Positions 1-15,000 of a DNA stretch of 64,000 bases are shown piece after piece; position 1 is the stretch's first letter, and each line of letters starts with the position of its first letter. The notes under the pieces are model-generated. The model did not search any database. It was not told the DNA's origin and saw only the letters and a list, made by a program, of their open reading frames with translations. The stretch lies in assembly GCA_039621445.1 (NCBI GenBank), contig CP154954.1, positions 34,383,737-34,447,736 on the forward strand. The letters are read 5' to 3'. This stretch comes from Euglena gracilis (lineage: Eukaryota). The position numbers were made by a program, and so were the translations under genes.

Positions 1-3000
1 CAAAACGGGCCTTACTCCGAGTAACCAAATGGGTGTTCCAGGAGGCCTCCAAAGTCAGGGGACCTGTTGGTTTCATGATTGTCGAGATTTAATGGTAAGA
101 AAAACATGCAGCGGGAATGTTGGTTGCAAGAAATCAGCACATTTAGATAGGTGCATTCGACCATTCCGGGGGACATTTACCAGGTCAGCCCAGGTTACCA
201 TGTAAAAATGGAACAAAACGGGCCTTACTCCGAGTAACCAAATGGGTGTTCCAGGAGGTCTCCAAAGTCAGGGGACCCGTTGGTTTCATGATTGTCGTGG
301 TTTAATGGTAAGAAAAACATGCAGCGGGAATGTTGGTTGCAAGACATGAACACATTTAGATGGGTGCATTCGACCATTCCGGGGGACATTTACCAGGTCA
401 GCCCAGGTTACCATGTAAAAATGGACCCAATTGGGCCTTTGGGTGTTCCAGGAGGCCTCCAAAATCAGGGGACCCATTGGTTTCATGATTGTCGTGGTTT
501 AATGGTAAGAAAAACATGCAGCGGGAATGTTGGTTGCAAGACATGAACACATTTAGATGGGTGCATTCGACCATTCCGGGGGACATTTACCAGGTCTGCC
601 CAGGTTACCATGTAATAATGGACCAAAACGGGCCTTACTCCGAGTAACCGAATGGGTGTTCCAGGAGGCCTCCAAATTCAGGGGACCTGTTGGTTTCATG
701 ACTGTCGAGGTTTAATGGTAAGAAAAACATGCAGCGGGAATGTTGGATGCAAGAAATCAGCACATTTAAATGGGTGCATTCGACCATTCCGGGGGACATT
801 TACCAGGTCTGCCCAGGTTACCATGTAAAAATGGACCAAAACGGGCCTTACTCCGAGTAACCAAATGGGTGTTCCAGGAGGTCTCCAAAGCCAGGGGACC
901 CGTTGGTTTCATGATTGTCGTGGTTTAATGGTCAGAAAAACATGCAGCGTGAGTGTTGGTTGCAAGACATGAGCACATTTAGATGGGTGCATTCGACCAT
1001 TCCGGGGGACATTTACCAGGTCAGCCCAGGTTACCATGTAAAATGGACCCAATTGGGCCTTACTTCGAGTAACCGAATGGGTGTTCCAGGAGGTCTCCAA
1101 AGTCAGGGGACCCGTTGGTTTCATGATTGTCGTGGTTTAATGGAGGAAAAACATGCAGCGTGAATGTTGGTTGCAAGACATGAGCACATTTAGATGGGTG
1201 CATTCGACCATTCCAGGGGACATTTACCAGATGAGCCCAGCTTACCATGTAAAAATGGACCCAATTGGGCCTTACTCCGAGAAACCGAATGGGTGTTCCA
1301 GGAGGCCTCCAAAGTCAGGGGACCCGTTGGTTTCATGATTGTTGTGGTTTACTGGAAGAAAAACATGCAGTGGGAATGTTGGTTGCCAGATATGAGCAAA
1401 TTTAGATGGGTGCCTTCGACCATTCCGGGGGACATTTACCAGGTCAGCCCAGGTTACCATGTAAACATGGACCAAAACGGGCCTTACTCCGAGTAACCAA
1501 ATGGGTGTTCCAGGAGGCCTCCAAAGTCAGGGGACCTGTTGGATTCATGATTTTCGAGATTTAATGGTAAGAAAAACATGCAGCGGGAATGTTGGTTGCA
1601 AGAAATCAGCACATTTAGATGGGTGCATTCGACCATTCCGGGGGACGTTTACCAGATGAGCCCAGGTTACCGTGTAAAAATGGACCAAAATGAGCCTTAC
1701 TCCGAGTAACCGAATGGGTGTTCCAGGAGGCCTCCAAAGTCAGGGACCCGTTGGTTTCATGATTGCCGTGGTTTAATGGTAAGAAAAACATGCAGCGGGA
1801 ATGTTGATTGCAAGAAATGAGCACGTTTAGATGGGTGCATTCGAACATTCCGGGGGACATTTACCAGATGAGCCCAGGTTACCATGTAAAAATGGACCAA
1901 ATTGGGCCTTACTCCGAGTATCTGAACGGGTGTTCCAGGAGGCCTCCAAAGTCAGGGAACCCGTTGGTTTCATGATTGTCGTGGTTTAATGGTAAGAAAA
2001 AACACGCAGCGGGAACGTTGGTTGCAAGAAATGAGCACATTTAGATGGGTGCATTCGACCATTCCGGGGGACATTTACCAGATCAGCCCAGCTTACCATG
2101 TAAAAATGGACCCAGTTGGACCTTACTCCGAGTAACCGAATGGGTGTTCTAGGAGGCCTCCAAAGTCAGAGGACCCGTTGGTTTCATGACTGTCGAGGTT
2201 TAATGGGAGAAAAACATGCAGCGGGAATGTTGGTTGCAAAAAAATGAGCACATTTGGATTGGTGCATTCGACCATTCCGGGGGACATTTACCAGATCAGC
2301 CTAGCTTACCATGTAAAAATGGAAGCAATTGGGCCTTACTCCGAGTAACCTAATGGTTGTTCCAGGAGGCCTCCAAAGTCAGGGGACCCGTTGGTTTCAT
2401 GATAGTCGTGGTTTAATGGAAGAAAAACATGCAGCGGGAATGTTGCTTGCAAGAAATGAGCACATTTAGATGGGTGCATTCGACCATTCCGGGGGACATT
2501 TACCAGGTCAGCCCAGGTTACCATGTAAAAATGGACCAAACTGGGCCTTACTCCGAGTAACCGAAGGGGTGTTCCAGGAGGCCTCCAAAGTTAGGGGACC
2601 CGTTGATTTCATGATTGTCGTGGTTTAATGGTAAGAAAAACATGCAGCGGGAATGTTGGTTGCAAGAAATGAGCACATTTAGATGGGTGCAGTCGACCAT
2701 TTCGGGAGACTTTTACCAGGTCAGCCCAGGTTGCCATGTAAAAATGGACCAAATTGGGCCTTACTCCGAGTAACCGAATGGGTGTTCCAGGAGGCCTCCA
2801 AAGTCAGGGAACCCGTTGGTTTAATGATTGTCGTGGTTTACTGGTAAGAAAATCATGCAGCAGGAATGTTGGTTGCAAGAAATGAGCACATTTGGTGGGT
2901 GCATTCGATCATTCCGGGGGACATTTACCAGGTCAGCCCAGGTTACCATGTAAAAATGGACCAAAATGGGCCTTACTCCGAGTAACCGAATGGGTGTTCC

Positions 3001-6000
3001 AGGAGGCCTCCAAAGTCAGGGGACCCGTTGGTTTCGTGATTGTCGTGGTTTAATGGTAAGAAAAACGTGCAGCGGGAATGTTGGTTGCCAGATATAAGCA
3101 CATTTAGATGGGTGCTTTCGACTATTCTGGGGGACATTTACCAGGTCAGCCCAGGTTACCATGTAAACATGGACCAAAACGGGCCTTACTCCGAGTAACC
3201 GAATGGGTGTTCCAGGAGGCCTCCAAAGTCAGGGGACCTGTTGGTTTCATGATTGTCGAGGTTTAATTGTAAGAAAAACATGCAGCGGGAATGTTGGTTG
3301 CAAGAAATCAGCACATTTAGATTGGTGCATTCGACCATTCCGGGGGACATTTACCAGGTCTGCCCAGGTTACCATGTAAAAATGGAACAAAACGGGCCTT
3401 ACTCCGAGTAACCAAATGGGTGTTCCAGGAGGTCTCCAAAGTCAGGGGACCCGTTGGTTTCATGATTGTCGTGGTTAAATGGTAAGAAAAACATGCAGCG
3501 GGAATGTTGGTTGCAAGAAATGAGCACATTTAGATGGGTGCATTCGAACACTCCGGGGGACATTTACCAGATGAGCCCAGGTTACCATGTAAAAATGGAC
3601 CCAATTGGACCTTACTCCGAGTAACCGAATGGGTGTTCCAGGAGGCCTCCAAAGTCAGAGGACCCGTTGGTTTCATGACTGTCGAGGTTTAATGGGAGAA
3701 AAACATGCAGCGGGAATGTTGGTTGCAATAAATGAGCACATTTAGATGGGTGCATTCGACCATTCCGGGGGACATTTACCAGGTCAGCCCAGGTTACCAT
3801 GTAAAAATGGACCAAATTGGGCCTTACTCCGAGTATGCGAATGGGTGTTCCAGGAGGCCTCCAAAGTCAGGAGGCCCGTTGGTTTCATGATTGTCGTGGT
3901 TTAATGGTAAGAAAGACAAGCAGAGGGAATGTTGGTTGCAAGAAATGAGCACATTTAGATGGGTGCATTCGACCATTCCGGGGGACATTTACAGGTCAGC
4001 CCAGGTTACCATGTAAAAATGGACCAAACTGGGCCTTACTCCGAGTAACCGAAGGGGTGTTCCAGGAGGCCTCCAAAGTCAGGGGACCCGTTGGTTTCAT
4101 GATTGTCGTGGTTTAATGGTAAGAAAAACATGCAGCGGGAATGTTGGTTGCAAGAAATGAGCACATTTAGGTGGGTGCATTCGAGCATTCCGGGGGACAT
4201 TTACCAGGTCAGCCCAGGTTACCATGTAAAAATGGACCAAATTGGGCCTTACTCCGAGTAACCGAATGGGTGTTCCAGGAGGCCTCCAAAGTTAGGGGAC
4301 CCGTTGGTTTCATGATTGTCGTGGTTCAGTGGTAAGAAAAACATGCAGCGGGAATGTTGGTTGCAAGAAATGAGCACATTTAGATGGGTGCAGTCGACCA
4401 TTCCGGGAGACTTTTACCAGGTCAGCCCAGGTTACCATGTAAAAATGGACCAAATTGGGCCTTACTCCGAGTAACCGAATGGGTGTTCCAGGAGGCCTCC
4501 AAAGTCAGGGAACCTGTTGATTTCATGATTGTCGTGGTTTAATGGTCAGAAAGACAAGCAGAGGGAATGTTGGTTGCAAGAAATGAGCACATTTAGATGG
4601 GTGCATTCGACCATTCCGGGCGACTTTACCAGGTCAGCCCAGGTTAGCATGTAAAAATGGACCAAATTGGGCCTTACTCCGAGTATCCGAATGGGTGTTC
4701 CAGGAGGCCTCCAAAGTTAGGGGACCCGTTGATTTTATGATTGTCGTGGTTTAATGGTAAGAAAGGCATGCAGCAGGAATGTTGGTTGCAAGAAATGAGC
4801 ACATTTAGATGGGTGCATTCGACCATTCCGGGGGACATTTACCAGGTCTGCCCAGGTTACCATGTAAAAATGGACCCAATTGGGCCTTACTCCGAGTATC
4901 CGAATGGGTGTTCCACGAGGCCTCCAAAGTCAGGGGACCCGTTCGTTTCATGATTGTTGTGGTTTAATGGTAAGAAAAACATGCAGCGGGAATGTTGGTT
5001 GTAAGAAATGAGCACATTTAGAGGGGTGCATTCGACCATTCCGGGGGACATTTTTCAGGTCAGCCCAGGTTACCATGTAAAAATGGACCAAATTGGGCCT
5101 TACTCCGAGTAACCGAATGGGTGTTCCAGGAGGCCTCCAAAGTCAGGGGACCCGTTGGTTTCATGATTGTCGTGGTTTAATGGTACGAAAAAGACATGCA
5201 GCGGGAATGTTGGTTGCAAGAAATGAGCACAGTTAGCCGGTTGCATTCGACCATTCCGGGGGACATTTACCAGGTCAGCCCAGGTTACCATGTAAAAATG
5301 GCCCAAATTGGGCCTTACTCCGAGTAACCGAATGGGTGTTCCAGGAGGCCTCCAAAGTCAGGAGACCCGTTAGTTTCATGATTTTCGTGGTTTAATGGAA
5401 GAAAAACATGCAGCGGGCTTGTTGGTTGCAAGAAATGAGCACGTTTAGACGGCTGCATTCGACCATTCCGGGGGACATTTACCAGATCAGCCCAGGTTAC
5501 CATGTAAAAACGGACCCAATTGGGCCTTACTCCGAGTAACTGAATGGGTGTTCCAGGAGGCCTCCAAAGTCAGGGACCCGCTGGTTTCATGACTGTCGTG
5601 GTTTAATAGTAAGAAAAAACATGTAGCGGGAATGTTGGTTGCAAGAAATGAGCACATTTAGATGGGTGCATTCGACCATTCCGGGGGACATTTACCAGAT
5701 CAGTCCAGCTTACCATGTAAAAATGAACCCAATTGGGCCTTACTCCGAGTAACCGAATGGGTGTTCCAGGAGGCCTCCAAAGTCAGGGGACCCGTTGGTT
5801 TCATGATTGTCGTGGTTTAATGGAAGAAAAACATGCAGCGGGAATGTTGGTTGCAAGAAATGAGCACATTTAGATGGGTGCATTCGACCATTCCGGGGGA
5901 CTTTTACCAGGTCAGCCCAGGTTACCACGTAAAAATGGCCCAAATTGGGCCTTACTCCGAGTAACCGAATGGGTGTTCCAGGAGGCCTCCAAAGTCAGGG

Positions 6001-9000
6001 GACCCGTTGGTTTCATGATTGTCGTGGTTTAATGGTAAGAAAAACGTGCAGCGGGAATGTTGGTTGCAAGAAATGCGCACATTTAGATGGGTGCAGTCGA
6101 CCATTCCGGGGGACGTTTACCGGGTCAGCCCAGGTTACCATGTAAAAATGGCCCAAATTGGGCCTTACTCCGAGTAACCGAATGGGTGTTGCAGGAGGCC
6201 TGTAAAGTAATGGGACCCGTTGGTTTCATGATTTTCGTGGTTTAATGGTAAGAAAAAATGCAGCGGGAACGTTGGTTGCAAGAAATGAGCACATTTAGAT
6301 GGGTGCATTCGACCGTTCCGGGGGACATTTACCAGGTCAGCCCAGGTTACCATGTAAAAATGCACCAAATTGGGCCTTACTCCGAGTAACCGAATGGGTG
6401 TTCCAGGAGGCCTCCAAAGTCAGGGGACCCGTTGGTTTCATGATTGTCGTGGTTTAATGGTAGGACAAACAAGCAAAGGGAACGTTGGTTGCAAGAAATG
6501 AGCACATTTAGATGGGTGCATTCGACCGTTCCGGGGGACATTTACCAGGTCAGCCCAGGTTACCATGTAAAAATGGACCAAAGTGGGCCTTACTCCGAGT
6601 AACCGAATGGGTGTTCCAGGAGGCCTCCAAAGTCAGGTGACCCGTTGGTTTCATGATTGTCGTGGTTTAATTGTAAGAAAAACATGGAGCGGGAATGTTG
6701 TTTGCAAGAAATGACCACATTTAGATGGGTGCATTCGACCATTCCGGGGGACATTTACCAGGTCAGCCCAGGTTACCATGTAAAAATGGACCAAAATGGG
6801 CCTTACTCCGAGTAACCGAATGGGTGTTCCAGGAGGCCTCCAAAGTCAGGGGACCCGTTGGTTTCATGATTGTCGTGGTTTAATGGTAAGAAAAACATGC
6901 AGCGGGAATGTTGTTTGCAAGAAATGACCACATTTAGATGGGTGCATTCGACCATTCCGGGGGACGTTTACCAGGTCAGCCCAGGTTACCATGTAAAAAT
7001 GGACCAAAATGGGCATTACTCCGAGTTCCAGGAGGCCTCCAAAGTCAGGGGACCCGTTGGTTTCATGATTGTCGTGGTTTAGTGGTAAGAAAAAACATGC
7101 AGCGGGAATGTTGGTTGCAAGAAATGAGCACCTTTAGAGGGGTGCAGTCGACCGTTCCGGGGGACTTTTACCAGGTCAGCCCAGGTTACCATGGAAAAAT
7201 GGACCAAAATGGGCCTTACTCTGAGTAACCAAATGGGTGTTCCAGGAGGCCTCCAAAGTCAGGGGACCCGTTGGTTTCATGATTGTCGTGGTTTAATGGA
7301 AGAAAAACATGCAGCGGAAATGGTGGCTGCAAGAAATGAGCAAATTTAGATGGGTTCATTCGACCATTCCGGGGGACATTTACCAGGTCAGCCCAGGTTA
7401 CCATGTAAAAATGGACCAAATTGGGCCTTACTCCGAGTAACCGAATGGGTGTTCCAGGAGGCCTCCAAAGTCAGGGGACCCGTTGCATTCGACCATTCCG
7501 GAAGACATTTACCAGGTTAGCCCAGGTTACCGTGTAAAAATGGACCAAAATGGGCCTTACTCCGAGTAACCGAATGGGTCTTCCAGGAGGCCTCCAAAGT
7601 CAGCGGACCCGTTGGTTTCATGATTGTCGTCTATTAATGGTAGGACAAACATGCAGCGGGAATGTTGGTTGCAAGAAATGAGCACATTTAGATGGGTGCA
7701 TTCGACCGTTCCGGGGGACATTTACCAGGTCAGCCCAGGTTACCATGTAAAATGGACCAAATTGGGCCTTACTCCGAGTAACCGAATGGGTGTTCCTGGA
7801 GGCCTCCAAAGTCGGGGGACCCGTTTTTTCCATAGTTGTCGTGGTTTAATGGTAAGAAAAACATGCAGCGGGAATGTTGGTTGGTAGAAATGAGCACATT
7901 TAGATGGGTTCATTCGACCATTCCGGGGGACATTTACCAGGTCAGCCCAGGTTACCATGTAAAAATGGACCAAAATGGGCATTACTCCGAGTTCCAGGAG
8001 GCCTCCAAAGTCAGGGGACCCGTTGGTTTCATGATTGTCGTGGTTTAATGGTAAGAAAAAACATGCAGCGGGAACGTTGGTTGCAAGAAATGAGCACATT
8101 TAGATGGGTGCATTCGACCATTCCTGGGGACATTTACCAGGTCAGCCCAGGTTACCATGTAAAAAATGGACCAAAGTGGGCCGAACTCCGAGTAACCGAA
8201 TGGGTGTTCCAGGAGGCATCCAAAGTCAGAGGACCCGTTGGATTCATGATTGTCGCGGTTTAATGGTAAGAAAAAACAAGCAGCGGGAATGTTGATTGCA
8301 AGAAATGAGCACATTTAGATGGGTGCATTCGACCATTCCGGGGGACATTTACCAGGTCAGCCCAGGTTACCATGTAAAAATGGACCAAATTGGGCCTTAC
8401 TCCGAGTAACCGAAGTGGTGTTCCAGGAGGCCTCCATAGTCAGGGCACCCGTTGGTTTCATGATTGTCGTGGTTCAATGGTAAGGAAAACATGCAGCGGG
8501 AACGTTGGTTGCAAGAAATGAGCACATTTAGATGGGTGCATTCGACCATTCCGGGGGACATTTACCAGGTCAGCCCAGGTTACCATGTAAAAATGGACCA
8601 AAATGGGCGTTACTCCGAGTGACCGAATGGGTGTTCAAGGAGGCCTCCAAAGTCAGGGCACTCGTTGGTTTCATGACTGTCGTGGTTTCAATGGGAAGAA
8701 AAAACAAGCAGCGGGAATGCTGGTTGCAAGAAATGAGCACATTTAGATGGGTGCATTCGACCATTGCGGGGGACATTTACCAGGTCAGCCCAGGTTACCA
8801 TGTAAAAATGGACCAAATTGGGCCTTACTCCGAGTAACCGAGTGGGTGTTCCAGGAGGCCTCCAAAGTCAGGGGTACCCGTTGTTTTCATGATTGTCGTC
8901 GTTTAATGGTAAGAAAAACATGCAGCGTGAATGTTGTTTGCAACAAATTAGCACATTTAGATGGGTGCATTCGACCATTCCGTGGGACATTTACCAGGTC

Positions 9001-12000
9001 AGCCCAGGTTGCCGTGTAAAAATGGACCAAATTGGGCCTTACTCCGAGTAACCGAATGGGTGTTCCAGGAGGCGTCCAAAGTCAGGGGACCCGTTGCTTT
9101 CATGATTGTCGTGGTTTAGTGGTAAGATAAACATGCAGCGGGAATGTTGGTTGCAAGAAATGAGCACATTTAGATGGGTGCATTCGACCATTCGTGGGTA
9201 CATTTACCAGGTCAGCCCAGGTTACCATGTAAAAATGGACCAAAATGGGCCTTACTCCGAGTAACCGAATGGGTGTTCCAGGAGGCCTCCAAAGTCAGGG
9301 ACCCGTTGGTTTCATGATTGTCGTGATTTAATGGTAAGAAAAACATGCAGCGGGAATGTTGGTTGCAAGAAATGAGCACATTTAGATGGGTGCATTCGAC
9401 CATTCCGGGGGACGTTTACCAGGTCAGCCCAGGTTACCATGTAAAAATGGACCAAACTGGGCCTTACTCCGAGTAACCGAATGGGTGTTCCAGGAGGCCT
9501 CCAAAGTCAGGGGACACGTTGGTGTCATGACTGTCGTGATTTAATGGTAGGAAAAACATGCAGCGGGAATGTTGGTTACAAGAAATGAGCACATTTAGAT
9601 GGGTGCATTCGACCATTCCGGGGGACATTTACCAGGTCAGCCCAGGTTACCATGTAAAAATGGACCAAACTGGGCCTTACTCCGAGTAACCGAATGGGTG
9701 TTCCAGGAGGCCTCCAAAGTCAGGGGACTCGTTGGTGTCATGACTGTCGTGATTTAATGGTAGGAAAAACATGCAGCGGGAATGTTGGTTACAAGAAATG
9801 AGCACATTTAGATGGGTGCATTCGACCATTCCGGGGGACGTTTACCAGGTCAGCCCAGGTTACCATGTAAAAATGGACCAAATGGGCCTTACTCCGAGTA
9901 ACCGAATGGGTGTTCCAGGAGGCCTCCAAAGTCAGGGGACCCGTTGGTTTCATGATTGTCGTGGTTTATTGGTAGGACAAACATGCAGCGGGAACGTTGG
10001 TTGCAAGAAACCAGCACATTTAGATGGGTGCATTCGACCATTCCGGGGGACATTTACCAGGTCAGCCCAGGTTACCATGTAAAAATGGACCAAAATGGTC
10101 CTTACTCCGAGTAACCGAATGGGTGTTCCTGGAGGCCTCCAAAGTCAGGGGACCCGTTGTTTTCATGGTTGTCGTCGTTGAATGGTAAGAAAAACATGCA
10201 GCGGGAATGTTGGTTGCAAGAAATGAGCACATTTAGATGGGTGCATTCGAACATTCCGGGGGACATTTACCAGGTCAGCCCAGGTTACCATGTAAAAATG
10301 GACCAAATTGGGCCTTACTCCGAGTAACCGAATGGGTGTTCAAGGAGGCCTCCAAAGTCAGGGGACCCGTTGGTTTCATGATTTTCGTGGTTTAATGGTA
10401 AGAAAAACATGCTGCGGGAATGTTGTTTGCAAGAAATTAGCACATTTAGATGGGTGCATTCGACCATTCCGGGGGACATTTACCAGGTCAGCCCAGGTTG
10501 CCGTGTAAAAATGGACCAAATTGGGACTTACTCCGAGTAACCGAATGGGTGTTCCAGGAGGCCTCCAAGCTCAGGGAACCCGTTGGTTTCATGGCTGTCG
10601 TGGTTCAATGGTAAGAAAAAACAAGCAGCGGGAATGCTGGTTGCAAGAAATGAGCACATTTAGATGGGTGCATTCGACCATTCCGGGGGACATTTACCAG
10701 GTCAGCCCAGGTTACCATGTAAAAATGGACCAAAATGGGCCTTACTCTGACTAACCGAGTGGGTGTTCCAGGAGGCCTCCAAAGTCAGGGGTACCCGTTG
10801 TTTTCATGGTTGTCGTCGTTTAATGGTAAGAAAAACATGCAGCGTGAATGTTGTTTGCAACAAATTAGCACATTTAGATGGGTGCATTCGACCATTCCGT
10901 GGGACATTTACCAGGTCAGCCCAGGTTGCCGTGTAAAAATGTACCAAATTGGGCCTTACTCCGAGTAACCGAATGGGTGTTCCAGGAGGCGTCCAAAGTC
11001 AGGGGACCCGTTGCTTTCATGATTGTCGTGGTTTAGTGGTAAGAAAAAACATGCAGCGGGAACGTTGGTTGCAAGAAATGAGCACATTTAGATGGGTGCA
11101 TTCGACCATTCCTGGGTACATTTACCAGGTCAGCCCAGGTTACCATGTAAAAATGGACCAAAATGGGCCTTACTCCGAGTAACCGAATGGGTGTTCCAGG
11201 AGGCATCCAAAGTCAGGGACCCGTTGGTTTCATGATTGTCGTGATTTAATGGTGAGAAAAACATGCAGCGGGAATGTTGGTTGCAAGAAATGAGCACATT
11301 TAGATGGGTGCATTCGACCATTCTGGGGGACATTTACCAGGTCAGCCCAGGTTACCGTGTAAAAATGGACCAAATTGGGCCATACTCCGAGTAACCGAAT
11401 GGGTGTTACAGGAGGCTTCCAAAGTCAGGGGACCCGTTGGTTTCATGATTGTCGTGGTTTAATGGTAAAAAAAACATGCAGCGGGAATGTTGGTTGCAAG
11501 AAATGAGCACATTTAGATGGGTGCATTCGACCATTCCTGGGACATTTACCAGGTCAGCCCAGGTTACCATGTAAAAATGGACCCAATTGGGCCTTACTCC
11601 GAGTAACCAAATGGGTGTTCCAGGAGGCCTCCAAAGTCAGGGGACCCGTTGTTTTCATGGTTGTCGTCGTTTAATGGTAAGAAAAACATGCAGCGGGAAT
11701 GTTGGTTGCAAGAAATGAGCACATTTAGATGGGTGCATTCGATCATTGCGGGGGACATTTACCAGGTCAGCCCAGGTTACCGTGTAAAAATGGACCAAAT
11801 TGGGCCTTACTTCGAGTAACCGAATGGGTGTTCCAGGAGGCCTCCAAAGTCAGGGGACCCGTTGGCTTCATGATTGTCGTGGTTTAATGGTAAGAAAAAC
11901 ATGCAGCGTGAATGTTGTTTGCAAGAAGTTAGCACATTTAGATGGGTGCATTCGACCATTCCGGGGGACATTTACCAGGTCAGCCCAGGTTGCCGTGTAA

Positions 12001-15000
12001 AAATGGACCAAGTTGGGCCTTACTCCGAGTAACCGAATGGGTGTTCCAGGAGGCCTCCAAAGTCAGGGGACCCGTTGGTTTCATGATTGTCGTGGTTTAG
12101 TGGTAAGAAAAACATGCAGCGGGAATGTTGGTTGCAAGAAGTTAGCACATTTAGATGGGTGCATTCGACCATTCCTGGGGACTTTTACCAGGTCAGCCCA
12201 GGTTACCGTGTAAAAGTGGACCAAATTGGGCCTTACTCCGAGTAACCGAATGGGTGTTCCAGGAAGCCTCCAAGCTCAGGGGACCCGTTGGTTTCATGGT
12301 TGTCGTGGTTCAATGGTAAGAAAAACATGCAGCGGGAATGTTGTTTGCAGTAAATGAGCACATTTAGATGGGTGCATTCGACCATTCCGGGAGACATTTA
12401 CCAGGTCAGCCCAGGTTGCCGTGTAAAAATGGACCAAATTGGGCCTTACTCCGAGTGACCGAATGGGTGTTCCAGGAGGCCTCCAAAGTCAGGGGACCCG
12501 TTGGTTTCGTGATTGTCGTCGTTTAATGGTAAAAAAAAAAAGCAGCGGGAATGTTGGTTGCAAGAAATGAGCACATTTAGATGGGTGCATTCGACCATTC
12601 CGGGGGACATTTACCACGTCAGCCCAGGTTACCATGTAAAAATGGACCAAATTGGGCCTTACTCCGAGTAACCGAATGGGTGTTCCAGGAGGCCTCCAAA
12701 GTCAGGGGACCCGTTGGTTTCATGATTGTCGTGATTTAATGGTAAGAAAAACATGCGGCGGGAATGTTGGTTGCAAGAAATGAGCACATTTAGATGGGTG
12801 CATTCGACCATTCCGGGCGACTTTTACCAGGTCAGCCCAGGTTACCATGTAAAAATGGACCAAATTGGGCCTTACTCCGAGTAACCGAATGGGTGTTCCA
12901 GGAGGCCTCCAAGCTCAGGGGACCCGTTGGTTTCATGATTGTCGTGTTTCAATGGTAAGAAAAACATGCAGCGGGAATGTTGGTTGCAAGAAATGAGCAC
13001 ATTTAGATGGGTGCATTCGATCATTCCGGGGGACATTTACCAGGTCAGCCCAGGTTACCATGTAAAAATGGACCAAATTGGGCCTTACTTCGAGTAACCG
13101 AATGGGTGTTCCAGGAGGCCTCCAAATTCTGGGGACCCGTTGGTTTCATGATTGTCGTGGTTTCATGGTAAGAAAAACATGCAGCGTGAATGTTGTTTGC
13201 AAGAAACGAGCACATTTAGATGGGTGCATTCGACCATTCCTGGGGACTTTTACCAGGTCAGCCAAGGTTACCATGTAAAAATGGACCAAATTGGGCCTTA
13301 CTCCGAGTAACCGAATGGGTGTTCCAGGGGGCCTCCAAGCTCAGGGGACCCGTTGGTTTCATGATTGTCGTGGTTCAATGGTAAGAAAAACATGCAGCGG
13401 GAATGTTGGTTGCAAGAAATGAGCACATTTAGATGGGTGCATTCGACCATTCCGTGGGACATTTACCAGGTCAGCCCAGGTTACCATGTAAAAATGGACC
13501 AAAATGGGCCTTACTCCGAGTAACCGAATGGGTGTTCCAGGAGGCATCCAAAGTCAGGGGACCCGTTGGTTTCATGGTTGTCGTCGTTTAATGGTAAGAA
13601 AAAACAAGCAGCGGGAATGTTGGTTGCAAGAAATGAGCACATTGAGATGGGTGGATTCAACCATTCCGGGGGACATTTACCAGGTCAGCCCAGGTTACCA
13701 TGTAAAAATGGACCAAATTGGGCCTTACTCCGAGTAACCGAATGGGTGTTCCAGGAGGCCTCCAAAGTCAGGGGACCCGTTGGTGTCATGACTGCCGTGG
13801 TTTAATGGTAAGAAAAACATGCAGCGGGAACGTTGGTTGCAAGAAATGAGCACATTGAGATGTGTGCATTCGACCATTCCGGGGGACATTTACCAGGTCA
13901 GCCCAGGTTACCATGGAAAAATGGACCAAAATGGGCCTTACTCCGAGTAACCGAATGGGTGTTCCAGGAGGCCTCCAAAGTCAGGGGACCCGTTGGTTTC
14001 ATGATTGTTTGTGGCTTAATGGTAGGACAAACATGCAGCGGGAACGTTGGTTGCAAGAAATGAGCACATTTAGATGGGTGCATTCGACCATTCCGGGGGA
14101 CATTTACCAGGTCAGCCCAGGTTACCATGTAAAAATGGACCAAAATGGGCCTTTCACCGAGTAACCGAATAGGTGTTTCCAGGGGGCCTCCAAAGTCAGG
14201 GGACCCGTTGCTTTCATGATTGTCGTAGTTCAATGGTAGGAAAAACATACAGCGGGAGTGTTGGTTGCAAGAAATGAGCACATTTAGATGGGTGCATTCG
14301 ACCATTCCGGGGGACATTTACCAGGTCAGCCCAGGTTACCATGTAAAAATGGACCAAATTGGGCCTTACTCCGAGTAACCGAATGGGTGTTCCAGGAGGC
14401 CTCCAAAGTCAGGGGACCCGTTGGTTTAATGATGGTCGTGGTTTAATGGTAAGAAAAACATGCAGCGGGAACGTTGGTTGCAAGAAATGAGCACATTGAG
14501 ATGGGTGCATTCGACCATTCCGGGGGACATTTACCAGGTCAGCCCAGGTTACCATGTAAAAATGGACCAAATTGGGCCTTACTCCGAGTAACCGAATGGG
14601 TGTTCCAGGAGGCCTCCAAAGTCAGGGGACCCGTTGGTTTCATGATTGTCGTGGTTTAATGGTAAGAAAAACATGCAGCGGGAATGTTGGTTGCAAGAAA
14701 TGAGCACATTTAGATGGGTGCATTCGACCATTCCGGGGGACATTTACCAGGTCAGCCCAGGTTACCATGTAAAAATGGACCAAATTGGGCCTTACTCCGA
14801 GTAACCGAATGGGTGTTCCAGGAGGCCTCCAAAGTCAGGGGACCCGTTGGTTTCGTGATTGTCGTGGTTTAATGGTAAGAAAAAACATGCAGCGGGATTG
14901 TTGGTTGCAAGAAATGAGAACATTTAGATGGGTGCATTCGACCGTTCCAGGGGACATTTACCAGGTCAGCCCAGGTTACCGTATAAAAATGGACCATACT

